Part shown: positions 1 to 11,622 of the stretch, in pieces
Position numbering within the stretch: position 1 is the first letter of the stretch
Layout: every line of letters starts with the position of its first letter
DNA from: an uncultured Alphaproteobacteria bacterium
Lineage (GTDB): Bacteria > Pseudomonadota > Alphaproteobacteria > Rhizobiales > Beijerinckiaceae
Length of the DNA stretch: 64,000 nt
Direction: 5' to 3'
Assembly: GCA_963759925.1 (NCBI GenBank)
Contig: CAVXBE010000007.1
Location: forward strand, 62,872-126,871
The notes under the pieces: model-generated
What the model was told of the DNA's origin: nothing
What the model saw: only the letters and a program-made list of their open reading frames with translations
Database searches by the model: none
Made by a program: the position numbers and the translations under genes

Positions 1-1
1 A

Positions 2-640
2 TGCAAAGACCCCGACAGGCGCGGCCGCTCCGCCCAGAAACACAAGGAACCGGTCGACCGGCTCTGGGATTGGCCAGCCCGCCAGTGAGATCGCCAGACC
101 CGCAGCCACCGACAACATGAACGGGTTGAGCAGCGTACCCTTGACCAGCCGGCCGGCGATCGCGACCACCGAGCCGCTGCCACGCCCCGCCTCGATCAAC
201 CCGATCGAAAGCGGCACCACCAGAGCCGTGTCACATATCAGCCCGATCGCAATCGGCGCTGCGGCTTTTTCGCCCAGGAAGGCCAGCATCAAGGGAATGC
301 CCAGAAAGGCGAAATTTCCGCCGATCAGGCACTGCGCCCGCGATACGGCGGTGCCATGGGCAAGCCCGAAAATCCGCCGTCCGACCACCAGCCCCGCCAG
401 CAGCATCACCAGCGCGATCAGCGCCAGCGCCGCGAAATAGGTGGTGTTCCACAGCTCGCCCAAAGGCTGGCGCGCCATCACCCGAATGACGACGGGCGGG
501 ATGGCGATGGTGAACGCAAAAGTATTGAGAACCTTGACGGCCTCAGGCCCGAATAGCCCCCGGCCGGAGACAAGGGCGCCCAGGCCGATGACGGCAAAGA
601 AGGGCGTGCTGATCGCAAGAAACTGCAGCATGGAATCCAT
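2..640 (-). CDS. AEC (auxin efflux carrier) family membrane transporter, 3' end outside window
   Basis: Manual minus-strand translation MDSMLQFLAISTPFFAVIGLGALVSGRGLF...LNTFAFTIAIP...GGNFAFLGIPL is open to the window edge. It is hydrophobic with the AEC-type N-x-x-x-x-G-x-P motif. Absent from the ORF track because there is no stop in the window. Confidence 0.8.
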   Translation of the reverse strand, partial: MDSMLQFLAISTPFFAVIGLGALVSGRGLFGPEAVKVLNTFAFTIAIPPVVIRVMARQPLGELWNTTYFAALALIALVMLLAGLVVGRRIFGLAHGTAVSRAQCLIGGNFAFLGIPLMLAFLGEKAAAPIAIGLICDTALVVPLSIGLIEAGRGSGSVVAIAGRLVKGTLLNPFMLSVAAGLAISLAGWPIPEPVDRFLVFLGGAAAPVGVFA

Positions 641-711
641 CGCCGGCCGCGGGACCCGCTCTGTGGCGCTATTGCGCTGAAGGAGCAAGGGCGGGAGCCG
701 CTTGAACCACA

Positions 712-835
712 CCTCAGCCCTCGTCCTGAGGAGCTGCGCAGCAGCGTCTCGAAGGATGGTCCAGCGCGCGCGGGAGCCTGCTGGAGCATCCTTCGAGACG
801 GCCCCTGAGGGGCCTCCTCAGGATGAGGGCTGAGG
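712..835. repeat. Palindromic REP/RIME-like element (CCTCxTCCTGAGG...CGTCTCGAAGG family), copy 1
   Basis: Terminal inverted repeats CCTCAGCCCTCGTCCTGAGGAG / CTCCTCAGGATGAGGGCTGAGG with inner CGTCTCGAAGGATG / CATCCTTCGAGACG. Confidence 0.9.
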
Positions 836-859
836 GGGTGGGGACGGGAAGACCGGGCC

Positions 860-905
860 TCACCAGCTGTAGCGCAGTGTCGCCTTGCCGCCGAGGCTGC
901 GGCTG
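860..905 (-). pseudogene. Orphan copy of the last 14 codons plus stop of the autotransporter gene
   Basis: 46 nt matching 1095-1140 with 2 mismatches; encodes SRSLGGKATLRYSW*. Confidence 0.8.
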
Positions 906-940
906 GCCGGCGTGGCGCCCCTCAATGACCGTATCCCACC

Positions 941-1056
941 AGCCCTCGTCCTGAGGAGCTGCGCAGCAGCGTCTCGAAGGACAGTCCAGCGCGCGCGGGA
1001 GCCTGCTGGAGCATGCTTCGAGACGGCCCCTGAGGGGCCTCCTCAGGATGAGGGCT
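941..1056. repeat. Palindromic REP/RIME-like element, copy 2 (near-identical to 712-835 including spacer)
   Basis: Direct comparison with 712-835 shows only a few substitutions. Confidence 0.9.
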
Positions 1057-1094
1057 CAGGGTTTAGGGACGGGAAGAGGCCGGGGTACCGATGC

Positions 1095-3932
1095 TCACCA
1101 GCTGTAGCGCAGCGTTGCCTTGCCGCCGAGGCTGCGGCTGTTGCTGGCGAATTCGCCCTCAAAGGCGGTGGCCAGCGTCAGGGCCTTGCTGAGCTTCAGC
1201 TCGGCAGCGGCGCTGGTGCGTAGCGCGTTGCGGTCGGGTGAGGCGCCCTTCACCAGGAAGCTGGCGCCCGGCAGGGTCTGGAAGGTCGCCGTGGCGCTGG
1301 CCTTGGTGTTGCTGTTGGCGACCCAGGCGGCACCGGCGCGCAAGGTCAGATCCAATCCCGCGATGGTGAGCAGGCGGTCGACGCGCAGACCAAGTTCGCT
1401 GCGCAGACGGGTGGTATCCTTGCCGGCGAAGGAGAGCGCGAAGGTGCCCGGACCCGACAGGGCCGTCTCGCGATAGCCCGGCAGCGACAGCAGGCTGAGC
1501 TGGGCGGCGGCGTAAGGCGTGATGCCGAAGCCCGCGAGGTTGAGCCTGTGCCCAGCCTCGATTCGGCCAGCATAGCTGTTGGCGTTGAAGCGGCCTTGCA
1601 GATGGTCGGAAGCCGACAAGCTGCGGTCGGTGGTCACATCCTGCCAGGCGTAAGCGGCGGAGGCCGAGAGGTAGCTTGCCCCGAGTTGCTGGCGCAGGAA
1701 CAGCCCGGCCTGGAACAGGTCCGAGGAGCCCGAGCCCAGCCCGAAGCTGTTGAAGCTGGTCGCGCCGCCGCCGAGCGCAAAGCCCAGCGTCGTATTCGTA
1801 GCCAGCCGGTAATCGGCACCCACCGCCGCACCATAGATGCGATTGGTGGCCGCTGCCGTGCCGGCGACAGCATCGGAGCCATGGAACTGCACGCCGCCAA
1901 AGCCGCTGCCCCAGACGCTCCAGCGCCACAGGTCAGGATCGGGCGTGATCGCGACAGGCCGGGCCGGTCGGTCGGTCTTGCCGGATTTGGCCGAGGAATA
2001 GGAGGCAAAGCCTGCCGGACCCGCCGCCAGCGAGATCCCGCGCTCGCCGGGGACACCGTCGGTCAGCGCGCCCATGAACTGGGTGATCGCAGCCGAGGCA
2101 TTGGTCTGCACCGCCGTCACCGGCTCACCCGCCACCTGGCTCAACCCCTGCGGCGTCAACCCGCCGAAGATCATCGGGATGCCGCCATTGCTGTTGAAGT
2201 AGGCGGTCAGCGCATTGGCGGCGCTGGTCTGGTTCGGGTTCAGGCCGCGATTGGGTGAAGTGGGCGCCGCAGACGCGGCACCAGCGCCGGGCTTGGCCTT
2301 GCTGTCGTCCTGACCCTTGCCGTCGGCTTTGTTGGACGAATCGGACGAGGCAGCGCCTGGCTTTGCCGTGGTCTCTGGGCTGGTCGTCGGCTGCGAGTAG
2401 TCCAGCGTCAGATCGAGGAAGACCTTCGTTGCATTGTAGCTCAGGGAGGACTTCAAGTTCTTGGGTAGGTTCGTATCGACCTTGGAGGCAAAGGTGCCGA
2501 AGACTCCCTCTTCCGCTGAGACGAGGACATGTTGCTTTTTGACATAAGTCCCGGACTCGAAGGTGACTGCGACCTTGGCACCCCCTAGCGTTGCCTTGCC
2601 ATTAACATCAACCCTGTCGGAGCCAGTCGGCGAAACGTCGACCGCATAGGTCGAGTTTGAGTCGAACGTGAGGTTCAAGGTTGCGAACGTGCCGATCGGA
2701 TTTCCCGGCGCGAGTGTACCGCCGTTGATAGTCACTGATCCAACCGATCCAATACCGCCAATTATCGCGCCAGGGTCGACGGTGAAGTTCATGTTGGAGG
2801 GTGCGCCATCAACTAAGAGCCGGCCCTCCTTGACCCGCATCTCCCTTACCGCCGTCGTTGTTCCTGTCAGGGTCCAGGTCGAGGAACCGATCTTCTCGAG
2901 GTTTGTCAGGCCAATAAACTGAGTGGCAATGTTCGTGGCGTCGAAAGTCCCGGCCTTAGTGCCGCCGAAGACGAGGGTTCCGCTCGTACCAACCCCGGTG
3001 GTGCTGACCACGCCATTGATATTGAAACCGCTCTGCAGCTCGAGGCGGTTCTTGGTGCCGGAGGTGAAGTTGATGGCGTAGCCGGCCTTATTCCCAGTGC
3101 CACCCGAGACGGTTGATTCGGGCGTCAGAATGATATCGAGGTTGCCACCCCTGATACCATCGCCACCGGTGCCGCTGGTGGCGCCGCCATTTCCGCCCTT
3201 TATGATTGCATCGCTGTAAAGGTTGATCTTGACGATACCGTCTCCATTGCCGACCACATCGATGCCGGTACCACCATTGCCATCCACTCCGCCGGAGCTG
3301 CCCTTCGTTCCGCCATTGCCGCCGATGATCGTGCCGCCGATCGTCAGTTCGCGCGCTCCCGAGGCACCGAAGTAAAGGCCTGCTCCGCCATTGCCGCCGC
3401 TGCCGGTCGTGACGCCGCCATTGCCGCCATTGCCGCCGGTGAGCAAGCTCATGATCCTGATCGGCCCCGGTCCAGCCGAAATCACCGCGCCAAAGCCGCC
3501 ACCGCCACCGCCACCGGTTACGGCGCCATTGCCGCCATTTCCGCCCTTTACGCCGTTTCCGCCCCCTGTTGGCGCCGTGTCTCCAACATAGCCATGGGCG
3601 CCACCGCCGCCGCCGGCACTTGACGTGTCGAAGTCCGGCTGGGCGGCCCCACCATTGGCTCCCGGGGTCTTACCACCTGCGCCGCCTCCGGTTCCGGCGC
3701 CAGCGCCACCTTTCGTGCCCGCGCCACCGCCGGAGGTATCGGATCCATTCACTCCGATACCGCTGGGGTTTCCGGCGCCGCCAGCCACTTGGCTTCCATC
3801 CTTTCCGCCATCACCATCGGCCGCCTGAACCGGCAGTGCGATTACGAGCAAAACGGCGAGGACGCCGCCCGTCAGGGCGGTGGTGCGATGCAAGGATGAG
3901 GTGGCCATGGCGATCCCGGTGACGACGGTCAT
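1095..3932 (-). CDS. Type Va autotransporter with Gly-rich passenger
   Basis: Signal peptide ending VQA-A, GGNGG repeats, passenger beta-strand repeat KIGSSTWTLTG, C-terminal beta-barrel ending LRYSW. Confidence 0.9.
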   Translation of the reverse strand: MTVVTGIAMATSSLHRTTALTGGVLAVLLVIALPVQAADGDGGKDGSQVAGGAGNPSGIGVNGSDTSGGGAGTKGGAGAGTGGGAGGKTPGANGGAAQPDFDTSSAGGGGGAHGYVGDTAPTGGGNGVKGGNGGNGAVTGGGGGGGFGAVISAGPGPIRIMSLLTGGNGGNGGVTTGSGGNGGAGLYFGASGARELTIGGTIIGGNGGTKGSSGGVDGNGGTGIDVVGNGDGIVKINLYSDAIIKGGNGGATSGTGGDGIRGGNLDIILTPESTVSGGTGNKAGYAINFTSGTKNRLELQSGFNINGVVSTTGVGTSGTLVFGGTKAGTFDATNIATQFIGLTNLEKIGSSTWTLTGTTTAVREMRVKEGRLLVDGAPSNMNFTVDPGAIIGGIGSVGSVTINGGTLAPGNPIGTFATLNLTFDSNSTYAVDVSPTGSDRVDVNGKATLGGAKVAVTFESGTYVKKQHVLVSAEEGVFGTFASKVDTNLPKNLKSSLSYNATKVFLDLTLDYSQPTTSPETTAKPGAASSDSSNKADGKGQDDSKAKPGAGAASAAPTSPNRGLNPNQTSAANALTAYFNSNGGIPMIFGGLTPQGLSQVAGEPVTAVQTNASAAITQFMGALTDGVPGERGISLAAGPAGFASYSSAKSGKTDRPARPVAITPDPDLWRWSVWGSGFGGVQFHGSDAVAGTAAATNRIYGAAVGADYRLATNTTLGFALGGGATSFNSFGLGSGSSDLFQAGLFLRQQLGASYLSASAAYAWQDVTTDRSLSASDHLQGRFNANSYAGRIEAGHRLNLAGFGITPYAAAQLSLLSLPGYRETALSGPGTFALSFAGKDTTRLRSELGLRVDRLLTIAGLDLTLRAGAAWVANSNTKASATATFQTLPGASFLVKGASPDRNALRTSAAAELKLSKALTLATAFEGEFASNSRSLGGKATLRYSW

Positions 3933-4332
3933 ACGAATAATGACGTTAGGTCATCACGCGGGCGTGAGGCTGTCCAGAGTGGACGGGCATTTAATAGCAG
4001 CTGTGACGTAAATGTCGAAGAACGCGAATGAATACTGAGTCATCCATCGCGGCATTTTTCGGAGCGTGGAGATAAATTGCGCGTTGTGTATCGCCGCAAG
4101 ATCGGAAGCGGCGTTGCGCTTCTTGTTCGACGGCGGATAATCGCGAATCATCTCTCGCGCGGAAGCTGACTCGAGCCTGAGTTTCTGTGTCGTAAGCTTT
4201 CGAAGTACGCTTCGGACGGTTCCGGAGCTGCAGGCCCTTCTTGGAGGGCGGTCGCTAAGCGACCCCCGCAGGCGGCGGGCCAGTTGGCCATACCCCCCAA
4301 CAAACCCCAGCCCTTGCGGCGCTTTCGCTGCG

Positions 4333-7300
4333 TCAGTCCAGGATTGTCGACAGCACCTTTTCCAGCGAGTGCTGGCGGTAGGGTTTGCGCAGCAGCACGG
4401 TGCGCGGTGCGTTTTCGAAACCCGGCACCTCGTCGCGGCCCGTGGCGAAGATGATCGCGATGGTCGGGCTCACCGCGCGCAGCCGCCGGGCCAGCTCGTC
4501 GCCGGGGATGTCGGGCAGGCCGATATCGGTCAGCAGGATGTCGATGGGCTGCGCGCCCGCCATATCCAGCGCCGACAGGCCGTTTTCCGCCTCCAGTACG
4601 GTGTGGCCGAAATCGCGGATCATGTCGGCCGTGTCCATCCGGATGATCGCGTCATCCTCGCAGACCAGCACTGTCAGAGGCCCGCGCTGCGTCTGCTCGG
4701 CCATCACGGCCTCCGCAGCAGGGGCGGGCGTCGCCAGGGGCTTGCCGTCCTGTGCCGGAGGCTTGCTGGCCTGTGCCGGGGGCTTGCCATCCTGTGCCAG
4801 CACCTGCCGGATTTTTCGCGCCAGCGCCTCGCGCGTATAGGGCTTTGACAGCAGGTTGACGCCCTCGTCCAGCCGGCCGCCATGCACGATGGCGTTCTCC
4901 GTATAGCCGGAGGTGAAGAGCACGCTGAGATCGGGCAGGCGCTCCTTGGCCTTGCGCGCCAGCTCCGGGCTCTTCAGCGGGCCGGGCATCACCACATCGG
5001 TAAACAGCAGGTCGATCGGCACGCCGCTTTCGATCACCGCCAGCGCGCTTTGCGCATCGGGCGCCTTCAGCACGCGGTAGCCGAGCTCGCCGAGCAGGGC
5101 CACGCACCGTCTCGCGCACCGCCTCATCATCCTCGACCACCAGCACGGTCTCGCTGCCGCCCGTCGACCGGGCCGCTTTCGCTTCTCGACCAGCAGATCC
5201 TCGGCCTGGGTCGAGCGCGGCAGATAGAGCTTGATCGTCGTGCCCTGGCCCGGCTCGCTGTAGATCTTCACATGGCCGCCGGACTGGCTTGCACGAAGCC
5301 ATAGACCATCGACAGGCCGAGCCCCGTGCCCTTGCCGTCCGGCTTGGTGGTGAAGAACGGCTCGAACACCTGCTCCATCACCTCCTGGCGTCATGCCGGT
5401 GCCGGTATCGGTCACCGCAATCATGGACATATTGTCCGGCGCTGACATCGGTATGAGCCGCGGCATAGTTATCGTCGAGGAAGGCGTTGCCGGCCTCGAT
5501 CGTCAGCTTGCCCTGCTCATCCATGGCGTCGCGGGCATTGATGGCGAGGTTGAGGATCGCGTTCTCGACATTGGTCGGATCGACCAGGGTGTTCCACAGC
5601 CCCCCGGCGATCATCGTCTCGACCTCGATCGCCTCGCCCAGCGTGCGCCGCAGCAGATCGTCCATGCCGCGGATCAGCCGGCCGACATTGACGACCTTGG
5701 GCTCCAGCGGCTGGCGCCGGCCAAAGGCCAGCAACTGCGCCGCCAGCTTCGAGCCGCGCGCCACGCCCGCCATCGCATTCTCGATGCGCTTCTCGGCCCG
5801 CTCATTGCCGCCGACATCGCGCGACAGCAATTGCAGATTGCCGCTGATCACCTGCAGCAGATTGTTGAAGTCATGCGCCACGCCGCCGGTCAGATTGCCG
5901 ATGGCCTCCATCTTCTGGCTGTGGCGCAGCGCGTCCTGGGCCTTGGCCAGTTCGGCGGTGCGGGCCGCGACGCGCTCCTCCAGCGTCTCGGCGAGATCGG
6001 CCAGCGCCGCCTCGGCGGTCTTCTGATCGTCGATATCGGTGTTGGTCCCGATCCAGTGGGTGAGATGGCCCGCCTCGTCCCGCGCCGGGATGGCCCGCGC
6101 AATATGCCAGCGGAAGGCGCCGTCATGCCGGCGCAGCCGGAACTCCATCTCATAAGGCTCGCCATCGCGCAGGGCGTTTTCCCAGGCGGCGGAGGCCGCC
6201 GCGATATCCTCGGGATGGACCATGACGGCCCAGTTTTCGCCGTCGAGCGTGCCGGGCGCTGCGCCGCTATAGGCGTAGATCTGCTCGTTGAACCAGTCGA
6301 GCGCGCCATCGGGGCGCGCCGTCCAGACATGGTTGGGCAGGGATTGCGACAGGCTGCGGAACCGCGCCTCGCTCTCCTGCATCGCCGCTTCCGCCGCCTT
6401 GCGGGCGGTGATGTCGAGGAACAGCACGGAAAAGCGTTCGGGCGCAATGCGCCTGGCCCGCGCCTCGAACCAGCGATTGCGCAGCGCCGGCACATGCACC
6501 TCATAGCGCGCCGGTTGGCCGCTTTCGACGACGCCGGCATAGACCTGCACCAGATCGGGCGGCAGGTTCGGGATGACCTCGCTAACCGCCCGGCCAATCG
6601 CATCCTCGACGCGAATATCGGTGCGGGATTCAAACGCCGGGTTCATCTCCAGAAAGCGGAAATCATTCATCCGCCCGTCGCCATCGCGAATGGCCTCGGC
6701 GATGAAGAAACCTTCCTGCATCTGCTCGAACAGGCTGCGCCAGCGCGCCTCGCTGGCCCGCAGCGCCTCTTCCGCCGCCTTGCGCGCGGTGATGTCGAAG
6801 CAGACACCGATGAAGCGGACGCGGCCGCTCTCGGGCGAGGACACAGCCTCACCCTGCCGCGCAATCCAGATGGTGGCGCCGCTGACCGGGTCGATGCGGC
6901 GATACTCGGCATAGACCAGCGGGTTGGGCTCGTGCAGCCGCGACGAGCCGCCGAGCGACTTGTCGTCAGGGTGCATCAGCGAGGTCAGCAGGGTGTCGGT
7001 GACCTCCACATCCGGGGCCAGTCCCCAGATGCGGCGATAGGCGGGGGAGACATCGAGCCGTCCGCTTTCGGGATACCATTCGAAGACACCGACGCCGCCG
7101 GCTTCCTGGGCGATCTCCAGCCGCTGCTCGACACGAACCCGGTCGGTGGTCTCGATGACGATGGCGAGCACGCCGGCCGGATGGCCCTTCTCATCGATGA
7201 TCGGCATGTAATCGAGGTCGAGCCAGCAATCCTCGGGGATGCCGCGCCGGTTCAGCACCAGGCGCTGCTCGCGCAGGGAGAGCGTGCCGCCGGCCAGAAC

Positions 7301-7618
7301 CGTGTCGAGCACCCGGCGGTTGAGGTCCACCGCCTCAGGCCAGGCGGCGAGCACCTTCATGCCGAGCAGCGCGGGATGGCGCGCCCCGGCAAAATCCGCA
7401 TAGGCATCGTTATAGATGAGGTAGCCGTCCGGCCCCCAGAGCATCACCATCGGCAGCGGCGCCCGGAGCATCAGCGCGACGCTGGTACGCAGGCTCTGCG
7501 GCCAGCTCTCCAGCGCGCCCAGCGAGGTCGCCTCCCACGGGAAAGCCTTGATCAGCGCGCCGGTGGCGCCGCCCTCGTTCAGGAACCCGGTTTGCTCGGT
7601 GGTGTGCGGGGCCGACAT
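4333..7618 (-). CDS. Multi-PAS hybrid sensor histidine kinase with two receiver domains (several apparent frameshifts about 5100-5430)
   Basis: PAS/PAC repeats, H-box [14 protein letters not shown]-box [28 protein letters not shown] motifs LFTDVVMPG and LLTDIGLPD; pieces join across single-base insertions. Confidence 0.85.
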
Positions 7619-7721
7619 ACAGCTCTCTGATCGGATACGGGGCTAGGGTTTTTGGCCGGTTGCGACCAAAGCCGCAAGGGGCTTTGCTGGCGCAGCCCCG
7701 GCACAAGCCGTTGACCCAGCG

Positions 7722-10641
7722 TCACTTTTCCAGAGCCTGCTCCAGAATGCGGACAACATGCAGCGCCTCCCGCTGCGCTCCGTCATGGATTTGATGCCGG
7801 CAACTCGTGCCATCGGCGACGATCAGATCATCCGCCGCAGCCCGGCGCACCGCCGGCAGCAGCGAGAGCTCCCCCATGGCGAGCGAGACATCGATAGTCT
7901 CCGCCCTGTAGCCGAAGGCGCCGGCCATGCCGCAGCAGCTGGATTCGATCGGCCGGACCTCGAGACCCGGAATGGCCCGCAAGGTCGCTTCCACGGCGCC
8001 CATGGCGGCAAACGCCTTCTGGTGGCAATGACCGTGCAGATGCGCGACGCGCCCGCCCTGATCCCGCAGCGGCAAGCGAGTCGTTCCCGCCTTGATATCG
8101 GCCGCCAGCACCTCCTCGATCAGGAAGGCCGCCTTCGCCACCGGCTCCACCTCCGACTTCGGCAAAAGCGCGCTGAACTCATCCCGCAGGGTCAGGAGGC
8201 AGGAGGGTTCGAGCCCGACAATGCGCGCCCCGCGCGCGACATAGGGCGCATAGGCCTCGACCACGCGCCGCGCCTCGGCCCGCGCCTCCTCCACCAGCCC
8301 GGCCGACAGGAAGGTGCGGCCACAGCACAGCTTGCGCCCGCCATCCACCGCCTCGACCCGGTGCAGGCGATAGCCTCCCGCCGCCAGCACAGCCTCGGCC
8401 GCATCGAGGTTCTCCGGCTCGAAAGCGCGGTTGAAACTGTCGCCGAACAGGATGATGTCGCGGCCATCGCCCTTGATATCGCCGGGCCGGGCAGGGGGGC
8501 GCTTGTCCTGCCAGGGCTTGCGCCAGACCGGCAGCGAGCGCCGCGCGCTGAAGCCGAGCAGCGCCTCGCTCAGCCGGGCCAAAGCGGGGATACGGTCGCG
8601 CAGATTGAGCAGCGGCGCGATCCGCGCGGCGAAGGGCGCATAGCGCGGGAGATAGGCGATCAGGCGCTCCTTGAGCGGCAGCCCATGGCGCTGGTGATAA
8701 TGATGCAGGAACTCGATCTTCATCCGCGCCATGTCGACGCCGGTCGGGCATTCGCGCTTGCAGCCCTTGCAGGAGACGCAGAGATCGAGCGTTTCCTTCA
8801 TCTCCGCCGAGGTGAAGGCATCGGGGCCGAGCTGGCCGGAAATCGCCAGCCGCAGCGAGTTCGCCCGGCCGCGCGTGACGTGCTGCTCATCCTCTGTCGC
8901 CCGCCAGGAGGGGCACATCGTGCCGCCGCTCATCTTCCGGCAGGTGCCGTTATTATTGCACATCTCGACGGCGCCGCCGAAGCCGCCCCAATCCGACCAG
9001 TCCAGCGCCGCCTTGGCCGGAACCGGCGTCGCATAGCCGGGCGCAAAGCGCATCAGGCTGCGATCGTCCATGTGATAGGGCCGCACGATCTTGCCGGGGT
9101 TGAGCCGGTTGTCGGGGTCGAACCCGTCCTTCACCTGCTCGAAAGCGCGGGTGAGGGGGGCACCGAACATCGGCTCGACGAAATCCGAGCGGGAGATGCC
9201 GTCGCCATGCTCGCCCGAGAAGGAGCCCTTGAAGCGGCGCACCAGTTCGCAGGCCTCCTCGGCGATGCCGCGCATCGCCTTGACCCCCGCCTCATCCTTC
9301 ATGTTCAGGATCGGGCGGACATGCAGGCAGCCGACCGAGGCATGCGCATACCAGGTGCCGCGCGTGCCATGGCGGGCAAACAGCGCGGTGATGCCGTCGG
9401 TATAATCGGCGAGATGCTCGAGCGGCACCGCGCAATCCTCGATGAAGGAGACCGGTTTGCCGTCGCCCTTCATCGACATCATGATGTTGAGGCAGGCCTC
9501 GCGCACCTCCCAGACCGGCTTTTGCCGCGCCGGCTCGACCACCTCCACCACCGCATCGGCAAAGCCATGATCGGCCATGCATTGGTCGAGCCGCCGAAGA
9601 TCCTGCTTCAGCGCCACCAGATCGTCACCGGCGAATTCCACCAGCAACAGGCAGTTGGGCTGGCCTCGTGTGATGTCGGCGAGCGTCCGCACGAAGAGCG
9701 GGATGTCGGCACCCAGCACCAGGACGTTATTGTCGACCAGCTCGACGGCCGCCGGATCGAGCGCCACGATATGCCGCGTCGTTTCCATGGCGGAGCGGAA
9801 GCTGGGGAAATGGCAGACGCCCATCACCCGGTGGGCCGGAAGCGGCGAGAGCTTCAGCGTCGCTTCCGTGGTGATGGCCAGCGTCCCCTCCGAGCCGACC
9901 AGCAGACGCGCGAGATTGGGCTGGCCATGCAGCAATTCGTCGAGATTATAGCCGCCGACACGGCGCTGAACCTTCGGAAAAACGCTCTCGATCTCGGCGC
10001 GATGGCTCTGCGCCAGCGCGATCAACCGGGCCATCAGCGCCTGCGCGCGGGGCGAGGCATTGCTGCCAAGCGGGCTGTCGCTCAGGGCAAAGGCGTCGCC
10101 ATCATGGAACTGCGCGCGCAACGCCAGGACATTGTTCGACATCTTGCCGTAGCGCAGCGAGCGCGCGCCCGACGAATTATTGCCGACCATGCCGCCAATG
10201 GTGCAGCGGCTGGCGGTCGAGGGCTCGACCGGGAAGAACAGACCGTCCTTGCGCAGCTGCGTGTTCAAGCGCTTCCAGCACCAGGCCCGGCGCGACCGTG
10301 ACGGTGCGGGCCTGCTTGTCAAAGGCGCGGATGCCGTTGAAGTGCCGGCTGAGATCGAGGATCAGCGCATCGCCGATCGGCTGGCCGTTCTGCGAGGTGC
10401 CGCCGCCGCGCGCGATGACGGCAACGCCATGCTCGGCCGCGATCTGCAGGGCGGCACCGATATCCTGCTCATGGCGCGGGAAAACCACGCCCTGCGGGAT
10501 GATCTGGTAGATCGAGGCATCGGTCGCGTAGCGCCCGCGGGTGAAGGCATCGAAGCGGACCTCGCCCTCCAGCGCTTGCGACAGCCTGCGCTCCAGCCCG
10601 AGATTGCGCGCCGCGCCGCGGCCTGCCGCCTGATGTCCCAT
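7722..10641 (-). CDS. FAD-linked oxidase with 4Fe-4S and CCG domains (GlcD/GlcF-like fusion, 2-hydroxyacid dehydrogenase family), frameshift near 10272
   Basis: YATDASIY, RGGGTSQNGQ, GEHGDG, CNNNGTC, CVSCKGCKRECP, HGHCHQKA, CCGMAG. Confidence 0.85.
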
Positions 10642-10673
10642 CGAATTCTCTCCCATGGCCGGTTTGCCGGCCT

Positions 10674-10689
10674 ATTTTGAATTCAAAAT
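10674..10689. promoter_or_regulatory. Perfect 16-bp palindrome ATTTTGAATTCAAAAT, probable GntR operator
   Basis: AT-rich palindrome just upstream of the FAD oxidase; related TTGAATGCAA at 11563-11572. Confidence 0.6.
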
Positions 10690-10693
10690 TGGC

Positions 10694-11392
10694 TTAATCT
10701 GCAAGCGCAGGCATGGCATCGGCGGTGTCGGAAGCGACAACATCCGGCCCCGAAACCGAGCGCAGCTTGTTGCGCAAATGCCGGAACAGGATGTCGCTGA
10801 GCTCCCCGCCATCGCGGCGCGACAGCGCGTCCAGGATCGCCTCATGCTCGCGCATCGCTTCGCCCCAGCGGTCGCGCTGCTTGTCGAGATTGGCGGCGTA
10901 GCGCACCCGCCGCAGCCGGCCCGACAGGCTGGCATAGGTCGCGCTCAGCGTGGCATTGCGGCCAGCAGCGACGATGCGGTGGTGGATCTCCTGATTGAGC
11001 CTGAAGTAGACGGTCAAATCCCGGCGCAGATAGGCGCGATACATGGCGTGGTGGGTCTCGACGATCTCCGCCAGCTCCGCCTCGGTGATGCGTTCGCAGG
11101 CCAGGCGCCCCGCCAGTGCCTCAAGCCCGCCAATGACATCGAACAGCTCCTCGATATCGGCGCGGGTCAGCGCGCGCAGCCTTGCGCCGCGATGCGGCAG
11201 CAGCTCGATCAGCCCCTCCGCCGCCAGCACTTTCAACGCCTCCCGCAGGGGCGTCCGCGAAACACCGAAGCGCAAGCAAAGCTCGCGCTCCGGAATACGC
11301 CCGCCCTCGCTGACATGCCCCTCGACAAGGTAGTCCCGCAAAGAGGCGACAAGCTCCTCATGCAGCGTGCTGTTGGTCTCGCTCTCGCTCAA
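10694..11392 (-). CDS. GntR/FadR (FCD) family transcriptional regulator
   Basis: HTH motif ERELCLRFGVSRTPLREAL and FCD-type C-terminus EHEAILDAL. Confidence 0.92.
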   Translation of the reverse strand: MSESETNSTLHEELVASLRDYLVEGHVSEGGRIPERELCLRFGVSRTPLREALKVLAAEGLIELLPHRGARLRALTRADIEELFDVIGGLEALAGRLACERITEAELAEIVETHHAMYRAYLRRDLTVYFRLNQEIHHRIVAAGRNATLSATYASLSGRLRRVRYAANLDKQRDRWGEAMREHEAILDALSRRDGGELSDILFRHLRNKLRSVSGPDVVASDTADAMPALAD

Positions 11393-11622
11393 ACCGCTCT
11401 CCCAGGATTAGCCCGGCCCGCGCGCTGCAAGGCGGCCGCGTAGCAGGTGGGTGCTGAGGCTCATGACCGCCTGCTCTCTTCGGAGCAGCCACAATCCGCC
11501 CGCCTCAGCTGAAGCTTGAGCGACAAGCATTGCACACATCACATTCGCTCGCTACCATCGAATTGAATGCAAAACTGAGCTCCCAACAGAGCCGAGCAAA
11601 ACAGAACCGAGGGAGAGCCACC

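Noticed and set aside
712-1140. Possible diversity-generating retroelement TR/VR pair at the autotransporter 3' end
   Set aside because: Only 46 nt, two silent differences with A in opposite copies, and no reverse transcriptase in the window.
3200-3830. PE_PGRS-like protein suggesting actinobacterial origin
   Set aside because: GGNGG repeats are low complexity, there is no PE domain, and they sit in a normal autotransporter.
5393-10301. Long plus-strand ORFs (745 aa, 847 aa) and similar antisense ORFs throughout
   Set aside because: These are shadow frames of real minus-strand genes, expected in high-GC DNA, with no motifs.
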